From Candidatus Parcubacteria bacterium (GTDB lineage Bacteria; Patescibacteriota; Saccharimonadia; UBA4664; JAHWKN01), in the NCBI GenBank assembly GCA_019347875.1, contig JAHWKN010000002.1, positions 1-62,654 on the forward strand: a DNA stretch of 62,654 nt, in the 5' to 3' direction. The notes under the pieces are model-generated. The model ran no database searches and was not told the DNA's origin. It was given only the letters and a program-made list of their open reading frames with translations. Positions within the stretch are counted from its first letter, which is position 1. The number at the start of each line of letters is the position of its first letter. Below are positions 1 to 8,829 of the stretch, one piece after another. The position numbers and the translations under genes are program-made.

Positions 1-46
1 TCAGCTTAACGGTAGCTGGAGGTGTTTCTAGCTGATGAGCCGGCTT

Positions 47-119
47 GGCAGTTTTTGGTTACTTTTTGCTGACAAAAAGTAACGAGAGAGGCGGAGGTAG
101 AGAGGAGGATCAGAAGGGA
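47..119. repeat. Copy A of a ~70-nt hairpin plus homopurine-tract element (inverted partner at 62305-62371)
   Basis: Perfect 10-bp hairpin TTACTTTTTG-CTGA-CAAAAAGTAA at 59-82, preceded by GGCAGTTTTTGG and followed by the GA-rich tract GAGAGAGGCGGAGGTAGAGAGGAGGATCAGAAGGGA. Its reverse complement aligns by eye with 62305-62371. Confidence 0.6.
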
Positions 120-288
120 TTACGGTAAGACCCGCCGTGACGAGGAGTGGGAGGCGATAGAGCTGGCCGCAGCCCCCCTGGGCAAGTCGAAGGACCGCCA
201 AAAGTGACTAGAGGTGTTTGGAATAGAGTGGTGAGCAGAGTTGTTATGGCAGTATTTCCAGTTGCTTGCCCGTTTTATCGAATTTCAT

Positions 289-317
289 TTGACAGTTTTG
301 TCAGTGTTGCCTATAAT
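289..317 (+). promoter_or_regulatory. Consensus sigma70-type promoter
   Basis: TTGACA (289-294), 17-nt spacer, TATAAT (312-317). Lies about 45 nt upstream of ATG 368. Confidence 0.7.
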
Positions 318-367
318 TGCAGCCATCGAGGTGACCATAAGGGGAATCTCACGTACCAAGGGGAGTG

Positions 368-667
368 ATGGCTTCTCAGCAGAGAAAATCAGACCAGTCA
401 TACATCCGGTTGCAAGCCGAGGTCAAGCGCAAGCTGGCTAAGCTGGGACTGGAGGTCGACGTTTCGGGCTTCACCAAGGGGGAGCTTTTCATGATCCGCG
501 GCATCCTGGCTAAGAGGCTCGCTCGCGAGCATCGTCGGGCTGAGTGGCGGCAGCGGCAGCAACGGCAGCTGGAGGGGTGCTCCTTGAGCCATCCGCTGGC
601 TGAGTGCTTCAGCCGCGATCCTGCCGAAATCGTCTGTAACGAGCGTGCGGTTAGGCCCGCCCTCTAG
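368..667 (+). CDS. Small hypothetical protein, possible ribbon-helix-helix-like N-terminus
   Basis: 99-codon ORF behind a perfect promoter and a GGGGAG Shine-Dalgarno. The N-terminal SYIRLQAEVKRKLAKLG has the strand-helix pattern of CopG/Arc-type proteins, followed by an Arg/Gln-rich helix. The overlapping minus-strand ORF 398-727 looks like a mirror-frame artefact. Confidence 0.5.
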   Translation: MASQQRKSDQSYIRLQAEVKRKLAKLGLEVDVSGFTKGELFMIRGILAKRLAREHRRAEWRQRQQRQLEGCSLSHPLAECFSRDPAEIVCNERAVRPAL

Positions 668-791
668 CGTGCGGTCCCGCCGACCGGTCACCAGGGGTTT
701 GGCCAAGCCTAGACCACGCTTCGTCAACTTTTCACTGTCAGCCCGCCCGGCAACCGCCCGGGTGCTCCAACCGTACGGGAGGTCCAGCCAA

Positions 792-944
792 ATGGGTAAA
801 GGCGTAGGCCGCGAGGCCCGTCGCGATTCGAAAGCTGCGATCAGGGACGAACTCGCAGCCGTGGCACGGCGCGACTTCAGCGGCCGGAACGGTGTACGGC
901 CGGAAGACTTCTCTCGGCCGAACTACGACCGACGCTCCTTCTAA
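792..944 (+). CDS. Possible 50-aa basic protein (weak call)
   Basis: ATG 792 is preceded by GGGAGG about 9 nt upstream, and the hairpin at 973-1011 follows. No recognisable motif. Confidence 0.2.
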   Translation: MGKGVGREARRDSKAAIRDELAAVARRDFSGRNGVRPEDFSRPNYDRRSF

Positions 945-972
945 TCCACTCCGGGTTGCATTCGTGTGTCAT

Positions 973-1011
973 CGCCCGCCGGTCCTGACTCCGCGTCGGG
1001 ACTGGCGGGCG
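973..1011 (+). terminator. GC-rich hairpin terminator
   Basis: CGCCCGCCGGTCC ... GGACTGGCGGGCG stem followed by CAGTACTTTT. It lies inside the spurious N-terminal extension of ORF 966-1361. Confidence 0.55.
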
Positions 1012-1037
1012 CAGTACTTTTAAGCTATTATCCCCCT

Positions 1038-1361
1038 ATGGAAAACTGCCTGTTTTGCTCGATAGCCAACGGCGACCCCGACAAACTGGTGTGGCAAAAT
1101 GACACGGCGGCGGCGTTCAACGACATTCATCCCAAAGCGCCGGTGCATGTTTTGGTGGTGCCTAAGCGGCACGTCGAGAAGCTGGATGATCTGGATGACG
1201 CCGAGTTGGCCGGGCAGCTTTTAATGGCGGTGCGTCAGGCCGCGGAGGCGGCGGGCGTTAAGGGGGCTTACCGGGTGATGGTGAACAACGGCGCCCCGGC
1301 CGGCCAGGTGGTGGAGCATCTGCATTTTCACATATTGGGCGGACGGCGGTTTGAGGCTTGA
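1038..1361 (+). CDS. HIT-family nucleotide hydrolase/transferase
   Basis: Histidine triad HLHFHILGG at the C-terminus and a CLFC N-terminus. Start trimmed to ATG 1038, with a TATTAT box 6 nt upstream. Confidence 0.85.
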   Translation: MENCLFCSIANGDPDKLVWQNDTAAAFNDIHPKAPVHVLVVPKRHVEKLDDLDDAELAGQLLMAVRQAAEAAGVKGAYRVMVNNGAPAGQVVEHLHFHILGGRRFEA

Positions 1362-1501
1362 AAAACCCCCTTATTTAGGGTAAAGTTATAAAGTTAAAAT
1401 AAGTCCGTAAAGCAAAGTCTATAAAGCCCGTCAAGCCGGCACCGGCTTGATAGACTTTACAGTCTTTCTGCGGTTGGACCGTTTAAGGAGGTGATGTTAG
1501 T

Positions 1502-1714
1502 TTGCTGCAAGTTGTTCGTAAAGATGAAAAAGAGTCGCTCGAAAACCTGATCCGCCGCTTTAATAAAAAGGTGCAACAGTCGGGCGTGTTGGGCGTGGCC
1601 CGGCGCAAAAAGTACTTTGAAAAACCTCTCTCCAAACGCGAAGCGCGTGAAATTGCTATTCGCAAGCGCGCCCGTAAAGAGCAAAAGGCCAGACTTTACC
1701 TGGGTATCAAATAA
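1502..1714 (+). CDS. rpsU: 30S ribosomal protein S21
   Basis: 70-aa basic protein with ESLENLIRRFNKKVQQSGVL...RKKYFEKPLSKREAR, typical of S21. AAGGAGG SD upstream of TTG 1502. Confidence 0.9.
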   Translation: MLQVVRKDEKESLENLIRRFNKKVQQSGVLGVARRKKYFEKPLSKREAREIAIRKRARKEQKARLYLGIK

Positions 1715-1722
1715 GCCGTGAC

Positions 1723-2169
1723 ATGTCGTTAGTTAACGAAATTGACCGTGATCTGCGCTCGGCCATGAAGGGCAAGCAAGCCGGACGCGTGGCCGTCTTG
1801 CGGCTGCTTAAAAACAGTCTGAAGAACGAGCGGATCAAGCTGGGACGCGATCTTGGCGAGGCCGAGGAGGTCAAGGTGCTGCAGCGCGAGGCCAAGCAGC
1901 GCCGTGACTCGATTGAGGCTTACTCCCAGGCACAGCGGGCGGAGCTGGCGGAGGCCGAGCGGGAGGAGCTGGCGGTAATTACCCAGTATCTGCCGGACCA
2001 GATTAGTGAGGCCGAACTGGGTGCGCTGGTTGACAGCGTGATCGCCGAAACGGCGGCCAGCGGACGCGCCGAGATGGGTCGGGTCATCGGCCAGGTCATG
2101 ACGCTGGTGGGCGGCCGGGCGGAGGGGGCGGTGGTTTCGCGTATAGTTAAGCAGCGGTTCGAGGGATAG
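1723..2169 (+). CDS. GatB/YqeY-domain protein
   Basis: 148 aa with MKGKQ...LRLLKNSLKNE...REAKQRRDSIEAY...ELAVITQYLP, the YqeY pattern. Classic position after rpsU. Confidence 0.8.
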   Translation: MSLVNEIDRDLRSAMKGKQAGRVAVLRLLKNSLKNERIKLGRDLGEAEEVKVLQREAKQRRDSIEAYSQAQRAELAEAEREELAVITQYLPDQISEAELGALVDSVIAETAASGRAEMGRVIGQVMTLVGGRAEGAVVSRIVKQRFEG

Positions 2170-2176
2170 ACGCGAC

Positions 2177-2680
2177 TTGGCGGGCGAACCGATATCGAGT
2201 TCTGCTGTCTTAACATTAAGTATCATCGAACGGGCTTCATCTGGGCTGGATTTTGGGCCGCTGGAGCGGATGGTGGCGGTGTTGAACCGGACGCGGCCGG
2301 ACTGGCTGCGGGGAGGTAACATCAACTTGAAGCTGGTTGACGACAAGGGCATAAGCGCGTTAAATAAAGAGTACGCCGGCAACGATTATGCCACCGACGT
2401 GCTGAGCTTTAGCTACCTGGAGGGGCTGGGGGAGCCGGCCAACGGCCAGTTAGCTGAGTTGGGTGATATGGTTATCAGCTTGGAGACGGCCGAACGCCAG
2501 GCGAGGGCGGCCGGAACCCGGTTAAGTCAGGAGCTGGCTTTACTGGCACTGCACGGCATCCTGCACATATTCGGTCTCGACCATGTTGATCGGGCCGGTC
2601 AGATCCGGATGGACCAGCTGCAGGCCGACCTACTGCAGCAAGCCGGGGTGACGTACAGGGATTTTAAGTGGACCACCTAA
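2177..2680 (+). CDS. ybeY: rRNA maturation endoribonuclease YbeY
   Basis: Metal-binding motif HGILHIFGLDH. Confidence 0.9.
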   Translation: MAGEPISSSAVLTLSIIERASSGLDFGPLERMVAVLNRTRPDWLRGGNINLKLVDDKGISALNKEYAGNDYATDVLSFSYLEGLGEPANGQLAELGDMVISLETAERQARAAGTRLSQELALLALHGILHIFGLDHVDRAGQIRMDQLQADLLQQAGVTYRDFKWTT

Positions 2681-2815
2681 CAGCGCAATGATCAATCAAG
2701 TACCGATTTACCCGTACTCATGGGCCAGCCAGACTGGGGTCTTTGGAGTGCGTCAGCCGGAGGTTCGTTCACTGCGGCATAGGCCCTCTTGGGCCAACGC
2801 CCGGAACTTAGCGTG

Positions 2816-3181
2816 ATGGGTCTAATCAAAAGCTTTTACTACGCCTTTGTCGGCATCGCCTACGTTATTAAGTACGAGCGTAACGCCCGGATTCATTTTT
2901 TGATGGCGGTACTTGCGCTCGGACTGGGCGTGTTACTGAACGTGTCGCCGGCCGAGCTGGCGGCGATCTTTTTTGCCGTTATCATCGTGTTTGTGGCGGA
3001 GATCATTAACACCGCCATCGAAAAAACGCTCGACCTGGTTGATTCAAAGCAAAACCCCGAGATTGCCATCATTAAAGACATGGTAGCCGGCGCGGTGTTG
3101 GTGGCTTCAGGCGGGGCGCTGATTATCGGTACCGTTATCTTTTGGCCCTACGTATTGGACTGGCTGTGGCTGCGCCGGTAA
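2816..3181 (+). CDS. dgkA: Diacylglycerol/undecaprenol kinase family (DgkA)
   Basis: Three-TM small protein with ERNARIH and AEIINTAIE motifs. Start trimmed to ATG 2816. Confidence 0.85.
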   Translation: MGLIKSFYYAFVGIAYVIKYERNARIHFLMAVLALGLGVLLNVSPAELAAIFFAVIIVFVAEIINTAIEKTLDLVDSKQNPEIAIIKDMVAGAVLVASGGALIIGTVIFWPYVLDWLWLRR

Positions 3182-3708
3182 TAATCGTCCTGGGGCCGCC
3201 AGGAGCGGGCAAGGGAACTCAGTCGGAGCTGCTGGCCAAGCGGTTAGGGGGGTTGCATCTCTCCAGCGGGGTGTTAATGCGCAGCAGCCAGAACATGGCG
3301 CTCAAGCGGCGCATGGCCACCGGCCAACTGGCCAAGTCGGAGGACTTTTTGGCGGTGGTTGACGGGGCGCTGCAGGCGCTGCCGGGCGGGCGGCCACTGG
3401 TGCTTGATAGCGTCGGTAAAAAGGTACCGGAAGCCAAGTGGCTGACCGGTCGGCTCGGGGAGCTGGGGTACCAGCTGACGCAGGTGATTTATTTAAGTGT
3501 AGACCAGTCCCAGGCTGTCGCCCGTAACTTGCGGCGCGGGCGGGACGACGACAGCCCGGAAGCCCAGGCGCGGCGTTGGCGGTTGTACCAGCGGGAAACC
3601 AGCGAAGTCTTGGAGTTTTACCGCCAGCAGAGGCTGTTGCGGGAGGTTGATGGCTCGGGGACGGTCGACGAGGTGGCCAGGCGGGTTGAGAAAGCGCTGC
3701 AGCCTTGA
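3142..3708 (+). CDS. adk: Adenylate kinase, short-LID type
   Basis: P-loop GPPGAGKGTQ, RRGRDDD LID remnant, YQRETSEVLEFY. Start uncertain (TTG 3142 or GTG 3166). The usual DGFPR segment reads DSVGK. Confidence 0.8.
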   Translation: MALRIGLAVAAPVIIVLGPPGAGKGTQSELLAKRLGGLHLSSGVLMRSSQNMALKRRMATGQLAKSEDFLAVVDGALQALPGGRPLVLDSVGKKVPEAKWLTGRLGELGYQLTQVIYLSVDQSQAVARNLRRGRDDDSPEAQARRWRLYQRETSEVLEFYRQQRLLREVDGSGTVDEVARRVEKALQP

Positions 3709-3733
3709 GTGGTCGTTAAGACTAGAGTTTGAT

Positions 3734-4477
3734 ATGACACCAAAGACGTTACTAGAGATCGATCATCTGCGTACCAGCGGTCAAATGCTGGCGGCGGTGC
3801 TGGGGTACCTGGCCCCGTTGGTCCAGCCCGGGGTAACCACCGCCGAGCTGGGGGAGATGGCGGCCGCTGAATTAAAGCGGCTGGGCGGCCGTCCGGCTTT
3901 TTTGGGTTACCGGGGCTTTCCCAGCTGCATCTGCATATCGGTCAACGAAGAGGTGGTGCACGGCATTCCCGATCAGCGGGTGATTAACGGCGGCGACCTG
4001 GTGGGGCTTGATTTCGGAGTCAGTTATAACGGCATGATAACCGATAGCGCGATCACCTTGGGGGTAGGGCGGATCGGTGATGATGCGCAGCGGCTGCTAG
4101 CGGCTACGCGGGAGGCTTTGAGCTGCGGCATCAAGGCGGTTAAAGCCGGAGCGCGGGTGGGAGACATTTCACAGGCTGTGCAGCGGCGCCTGGAGCGCGA
4201 CCGGTTGGGCATCGTTGAAGAGCTGGCCGGGCACGGGGTGGGGCACTCGTTGCACGAGGAGCCTTGGATCCCTAACTTCGGGGCGGCCGGCACCGGACCC
4301 CGTCTGGAGGCCGGCATGACTATCGCCATTGAGCCGATGGCGACGTTAGGCGGCAAAGCGGTGGCGTGGGGTGATGACGGCTGGACCATCAGTGCGGCCG
4401 ATGGCTCTCTTAGCGCCCACTTCGAGCACACCGTACTGGTAACCGACACCGGCGCGGAGATCTTGACCAAGGCATGA
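3734..4477 (+). CDS. map: Methionine aminopeptidase type I
   Basis: Motifs VVHGIP, DLVGLDFG, GHGVGHSLHEEP and EPM. Start trimmed to ATG 3734. Confidence 0.9.
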   Translation: MTPKTLLEIDHLRTSGQMLAAVLGYLAPLVQPGVTTAELGEMAAAELKRLGGRPAFLGYRGFPSCICISVNEEVVHGIPDQRVINGGDLVGLDFGVSYNGMITDSAITLGVGRIGDDAQRLLAATREALSCGIKAVKAGARVGDISQAVQRRLERDRLGIVEELAGHGVGHSLHEEPWIPNFGAAGTGPRLEAGMTIAIEPMATLGGKAVAWGDDGWTISAADGSLSAHFEHTVLVTDTGAEILTKA

Positions 4478-4631
4478 ACCGGTACCTGTTTCACCGTCAA
4501 AAAACCTTCGTCTTCTTGCCGGCTCACTCGCCAGTTTTCGCCAGACGAGTCTCGCGAGATTAGACAAGTTGCTTGGTTAAGGCATAAGCACTATAATACG
4601 GTATAATACGTCATAGTCAGTATAGCGAGGG

Positions 4632-5873
4632 ATGATGGCCGCTAAAGCCCAAGAAGAAATTTACATCGGTCTTGATATCGGCAGCACCAAGGTGGCTTGC
4701 GTTGTCGGTCTGCACGAGGAGGGCGCCTCCGCTCCCAGCGTTATCGGCGTAGGGGTGGCGCCGACCAGCGGCATGCGCCGGGGGGTAGTGGTCGATGTCG
4801 AGGAGACCGTTAGCTCCATCACGGCGGCGGTGGACGAAGCCGAGCGCATATCGGGGGTACCGATCGACCGGGCCACCGTCTCGATTGACGGCGCCAACAT
4901 CCAAAGCCTCAACTCCAAGGGGGTGATAGCGGTGGGACGGGCCGACCAGGAGATCAGTGCCGAGGATCTGCGCCGTGCCGAAGAGGCCGCGACGGCCGTG
5001 CACCTGGCACCTAACCGGGAGATCCTGCAGGTTTTTCCGCGCAGCTACACGGTCGATGGGCAGACCAACATTAAGGACCCCGTGGGGATGAACGGGGTTC
5101 GCTTGGAGGTAGAGACGCACATCATCACCGGTGCCACACCGGCCATGAAGAACCTGCACCGCAGTATTTATCAAGCCGGTATCGAGATTGAGGGTCAGGT
5201 GCTGGTACCGCTGGCCGCCGCCCGGGCGATTTTAACCAAGCGTCAGAAGGAGCTGGGCGTGGTACTGATCGACATCGGTGGCGGCACCACCGGTATGGCG
5301 GTGTACGAGGAGGGTGACGTTTTGTATTCAAGCGTGTTGCCGATCGGCTCGGGGCACATCACCAACGACCTGGCCATCGGCTTGCGTACCAACGTCGACG
5401 TGGCCGAGAAGATCAAGCTTAAGTACGGCCGGGCCCATGCGGCCAAAGTGGCTTCCAGCGAGAAAATCAGAATCGAGGAGCTGGAGGGCGACGAAATGGT
5501 GGTCTCCCGGCGCGAGCTGGCCAAGATCATGGGGGCTCGCCTGGATGAGATTATGCATATGATCCGAACCGAGCTGCGCCATGCCGGCCGTGACGTCATG
5601 CTGCCGGCCGGAGTGGTGCTGACCGGTGGCGGCGCTAAACTACCGGGTATGGAGGAGTACACGCGCGAAGCGCTGCGGCTGCCGGTGGTGATCGGTAAGC
5701 CCGAAGGGCTATCGGGCATGATCGACCGTATCAGCGATCCGGCTTTTGCCGCCCCGGTTGGACTAATGCTGGAGAACATGGCCTATGCCGGGGGCGGCGG
5801 CGATAAGGCCAACGCCAGAATCGGCCAGACGGTCGAGAAGATTAAAAAGACGCTGCGTAACTTACTGCCGTAA
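4632..5873 (+). CDS. ftsA: Cell division protein FtsA
   Basis: Actin-fold motifs GLDIGSTKV and DIGGGTT. Sits immediately upstream of ftsZ. Confidence 0.9.
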   Translation: MMAAKAQEEIYIGLDIGSTKVACVVGLHEEGASAPSVIGVGVAPTSGMRRGVVVDVEETVSSITAAVDEAERISGVPIDRATVSIDGANIQSLNSKGVIAVGRADQEISAEDLRRAEEAATAVHLAPNREILQVFPRSYTVDGQTNIKDPVGMNGVRLEVETHIITGATPAMKNLHRSIYQAGIEIEGQVLVPLAAARAILTKRQKELGVVLIDIGGGTTGMAVYEEGDVLYSSVLPIGSGHITNDLAIGLRTNVDVAEKIKLKYGRAHAAKVASSEKIRIEELEGDEMVVSRRELAKIMGARLDEIMHMIRTELRHAGRDVMLPAGVVLTGGGAKLPGMEEYTREALRLPVVIGKPEGLSGMIDRISDPAFAAPVGLMLENMAYAGGGGDKANARIGQTVEKIKKTLRNLLP

Positions 5874-6246
5874 CCGACTCGGCACGGCGGGCGAACGGGC
5901 TGGGGGGTTCTAGCAAGGGCCTATTTTTTCCAGCAGGTTTTTGGTAAGTACCGGGACGGCTGTCGTATATAGTGTTTTTCCACAGCTGCACACGGGCGCG
6001 CTTAGACGCTCGAACACATAATATAATGGCTTGCCAAGGGTATAATAGTAGGTATCGAACAAAAAAAGTATTCACGAAAAGGCCGCCATTTTTGCTGAAT
6101 AAACAATTTGCATTATGCTAATTCGTTATATAAACTACTTATGTACTTTGGCGAACATTTGATTTCAACCCTGGCGCTTGGCCCTCAAAAGCCTCTTGCC
6201 TAAAGTCAAAAGTAACCCATAGTGCTTGTGGTAAGGAGTAACAAAC

Positions 6247-7587
6247 ATGGGCGAGATTCTTCCCGAAGTTGAAACGTTTGCCCGCATCAAGGTCATCGGT
6301 CTCGGAGGCGGTGGTGGAGCCGCTATCGAACGGATGATCAAGTCGAAGGTGCAGGGCATTGAGTTTGTGGCGGTCAACACCGACGCCCAGGCTTTGCATT
6401 ATTCGCATGCGGCCAGCAAGATTCATATCGGCAAACAGACCACCCGGGGGCTGGGAGCGGGCGCCGACCCCGAGGTAGGGCGCAAGGCCGCCGAGGAGAG
6501 CGAGGGTGAGATTGTCGAGATGATTAAAGGTTCTGATATGGTGTTTATTACGCTTGGTGCGGGCGGCGGCACCGGTACCGGTGCGGCTCCGCTGGTGGCG
6601 TCGACCGCTCGTGATAGCGGCGCCCTGGTGGTAGGTATCGCCACCAGGCCGTTTACTTTTGAAGGTGAGCGCCGGCGGCGCATCGCCGATGCCGGTATCG
6701 CTGAGCTAAAAGACAACGTCGATACGCTGATCACCATTCCCAACGACCGCCTACTGCAGATGATCGACCGCAAGACCTCACTGATGGACGCCTTTAACGT
6801 GGTGGACGAGGTGCTGCAGCAGGGTGTGCAGGGGATCTCCGACCTGATTACGATTCATGGGCTGATCAACCTTGACTTTGCCGACGTCAAGGCCATTATG
6901 AACAACGCCGGCTCGGCGCTGATGGGCATCGGCCGGGCGTCGGGCGAGAACCGGGCAATCGAGGCCGCCCGCCAGGCGATCGATTCGCCGCTACTGGAGG
7001 TGTCGGTGGACGGCGCCAAGGGGGTGCTGTTTAACATCACCGGCGGCCGCAACATGAGCATGCACGAGATCGACGAGGCCGCCAAAACCATTACCGGGGC
7101 GGTGGATCCCGATGCCAACATCATCTTTGGAGCGGTTTTGGACGATACGCTTGATGACGACATTAAGATCACGGTGGTGGCCACCGGTTTTGACAGCAAA
7201 GCCCGGGAGCGCCGGGAGGCGCAGCAGACCCGTCCGTCCCAATCTCAGCCGGTGTTCCGTACTCCCGCCGCCGCTCCGGTTGCCCCTGAGCCGCGCAAAC
7301 CGTTCATCAACGAGCGACCGGCCGTTTTTGGCGAGCCGGACGAGCTGAAGGAGCCGGTGCCGCCTGCCCCGGTCGGGCGTAAAACCCCTTCGCTGGCTAG
7401 CATTGAGCCCGAACCGGAGGAGCTAAGCAGCAGCTGGATGGACGATGAGCCCGGCGACGAGACGCCCAAGCCGTCCGCTTCCTCCAGTATGACCGACAAG
7501 ACCCCGCCAAGCCACAGTTACGGCGCCGAGCTACCGCACGAAGATGATTTGGACATTCCCGCTTTCATCCGCAAAAAAGTCGAGTAG
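6247..7587 (+). CDS. ftsZ: Cell division GTPase FtsZ
   Basis: GGGTGTG tubulin signature, NTDAQAL, Pro-rich linker and the C-terminal peptide DDLDIPAFIRKK. Confidence 0.97.
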   Translation: MGEILPEVETFARIKVIGLGGGGGAAIERMIKSKVQGIEFVAVNTDAQALHYSHAASKIHIGKQTTRGLGAGADPEVGRKAAEESEGEIVEMIKGSDMVFITLGAGGGTGTGAAPLVASTARDSGALVVGIATRPFTFEGERRRRIADAGIAELKDNVDTLITIPNDRLLQMIDRKTSLMDAFNVVDEVLQQGVQGISDLITIHGLINLDFADVKAIMNNAGSALMGIGRASGENRAIEAARQAIDSPLLEVSVDGAKGVLFNITGGRNMSMHEIDEAAKTITGAVDPDANIIFGAVLDDTLDDDIKITVVATGFDSKARERREAQQTRPSQSQPVFRTPAAAPVAPEPRKPFINERPAVFGEPDELKEPVPPAPVGRKTPSLASIEPEPEELSSSWMDDEPGDETPKPSASSSMTDKTPPSHSYGAELPHEDDLDIPAFIRKKVE

Positions 7588-7634
7588 CCGCTGCAGCAGC
7601 TCCGGCAGCGGGCAATCCGCAGCTAAGCCGTCTG

Positions 7635-7663
7635 TTGACAATCCTGCTCGTCGGGATTAATAA
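7635..7663 (+). promoter_or_regulatory. Promoter of a stand-alone mini transcription unit
   Basis: TTGACA (7635-7640), 17-nt spacer, TAATAA (7658-7663). Confidence 0.5.
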
Positions 7664-7671
7664 TAGAGCAC

Positions 7672-7746
7672 ATGAAGTTTCACTCACAAGACGTAGCCAT
7701 CGACGTCGTGACCCGTGGTCTGCTGCTGGCGGTTGACCAAGAGTGA
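7672..7746 (+). other. Candidate leaderless 24-codon ORF (MKFHSQDVAIDVVTRGLLLAVDQE) or body of a small RNA
   Basis: ATG lies 8 nt after the -10 box with no SD. The ORF ends 18 nt before a 17-bp hairpin terminator. Confidence 0.3.
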
Positions 7747-7764
7747 GGCTTTGTTGATTTTTAG

Positions 7765-7802
7765 AAACGAAACAGAGCCTCGCAAGAGGCTCTGTTTCGT
7801 TT
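7765..7802 (+). terminator. Intrinsic terminator
   Basis: AAACGAAACAGAGCCTC-GCAA-GAGGCTCTGTTTCGTTT: perfect 17-bp stem, GNRA-like loop, T-rich 3' arm. Confidence 0.85.
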
Positions 7803-7850
7803 AACCCGTTCCTTCAAAAGCAACTTCCGGCCATTCCAAGAGGAGGTTTT

Positions 7851-8036
7851 GTGGCCAAGGTCAAGGTAATTAAGCCCAAGGACTTCCGCAAGGTGCTCGA
7901 ACAGCGTCTGACGGAACAAGAGCTAAACTCTCTTGGCTTCAACTTGAGCGGCCTTAAAAGGGGAGATACCGTCGTACTGCCTTGGCTGCCGGGAAAGGTC
8001 TGGAGCGAGCTTGACTCCTACATCTCCCGTGCCTGA
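7851..8036 (+). CDS. Hypothetical 61-aa protein
   Basis: GTG start 5 nt after AGGAGG. No recognisable motif. Confidence 0.5.
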   Translation: MAKVKVIKPKDFRKVLEQRLTEQELNSLGFNLSGLKRGDTVVLPWLPGKVWSELDSYISRA

Positions 8037-8146
8037 CGGCGACCACTATAAGGCTGGCGGTTGCCGTGCTTGATTTCGGCCCACCAATAGCCGAAGTCGA
8101 AAGAGTTATCCCGGGGAACTGAACATCTCGCCGGGATGGCTGGCTA

Positions 8147-8179
8147 GCTCTCCGGGGGTCCAAAAGACCTCCGGAGAGC
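8147..8179 (+). terminator. Hairpin terminator
   Basis: GCTCTCCGG-GGGTCCAAAAGACCT-CCGGAGAGC with an inner GGTC/GACC pairing. Confidence 0.6.
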
Positions 8180-8210
8180 AAACCTCAAAAAGCGTGCTAA
8201 AATAGCGGTA

Positions 8211-8468
8211 ATGATTGCTAAGATTGTCTACACCAAAGGGTCTCCCCACGAACGTGAAGCGGGTAAGTTGGCTGAGAGCTTGGCGAGGCTGCGCATCGAC
8301 TCAAAGCTGGTCGAGGCAGACAGCCCCGAAGGCAGCTCAATCTGTCAGCTGTACGATCTGGTGGCCCGGCCGGCGGTGGTGTTGACCCGCGACGACGGCA
8401 CCTTGGTCGAGCGCTGGCAGGGCGGGTGGCCGCTGGCCAGCGAAATCAGTTATCTGGCCCACAGTTAG
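8211..8468 (+). CDS. Hypothetical 85-aa protein
   Basis: ATG lies 7 nt after an extended -10 (TGcTAAAAT, 8195-8203). No CxxC or other motif recognised. Confidence 0.5.
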   Translation: MIAKIVYTKGSPHEREAGKLAESLARLRIDSKLVEADSPEGSSICQLYDLVARPAVVLTRDDGTLVERWQGGWPLASEISYLAHS

Positions 8469-8532
8469 GCGCAATGCTGATGGGCGCATCAACGTCACTA
8501 TCCCGCCATCCACTAGCTTCAAGGCAGAGTTC

Positions 8533-8808
8533 GTGGTTTTAATTCCGGTTTTGGTCATATTCATCGACCTGTTCGTCTTGATCTTTAACCCTTTAATTCT
8601 AGCCAGGGTAATTATCAGCTGGATAGTGCCGGACCCGGCCGCCAAGTGGTGGAGCCGGCTGGTCTACGATCTGACGGAACCTCTGCTGGCGCCGATCCGG
8701 CGGCTGTTGCCCGGCAGCCAAATGGTGGACTGGTCGCCGATTGTGGCCTTTTTTGTGCTGCAGGGCCTGCAGCTACTGGCCCACAACTTGATTTCTTACC
8801 TGGCCTAG
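8533..8808 (+). CDS. yggT: YggT-family membrane protein
   Basis: ARVIISWI...LTEPLLAPIRRLLP...DWSPIVAFFVLQ pattern, two TM segments. Confidence 0.8.
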   Translation: MVLIPVLVIFIDLFVLIFNPLILARVIISWIVPDPAAKWWSRLVYDLTEPLLAPIRRLLPGSQMVDWSPIVAFFVLQGLQLLAHNLISYLA

Positions 8809-8829
8809 GGCATGATTAAGGCACAGTTT

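Noticed and set aside
966-1037. N-terminal extensions of ORF-track calls (also 3647, 9053, 13838, 20354, 27330, 29228, 29973, 33832, 36301, 39739, 50703, 53562)
   Set aside because: The extensions run through terminators, promoters or upstream gene ends. Internal ATG/GTG codons with an SD, or with a -10 box at leaderless distance, give N-termini that match the protein families.
1359-1361. Possible stop-codon reassignment (UGA recoding, as in some CPR lineages)
   Set aside because: Many well-defined genes end in TGA at the family-expected position (HIT, mreB, secA and others). RF1 and RF2 are both present, so the code looks standard.
1729-2382. 217-aa minus-strand ORF spanning the YqeY and ybeY genes
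   Set aside because: It is antisense to two well-supported + strand genes. The composition (Arg/Leu/Pro/Ser-rich) is typical of mirror-frame ORFs in GC-rich DNA, and there is no SD or motif.
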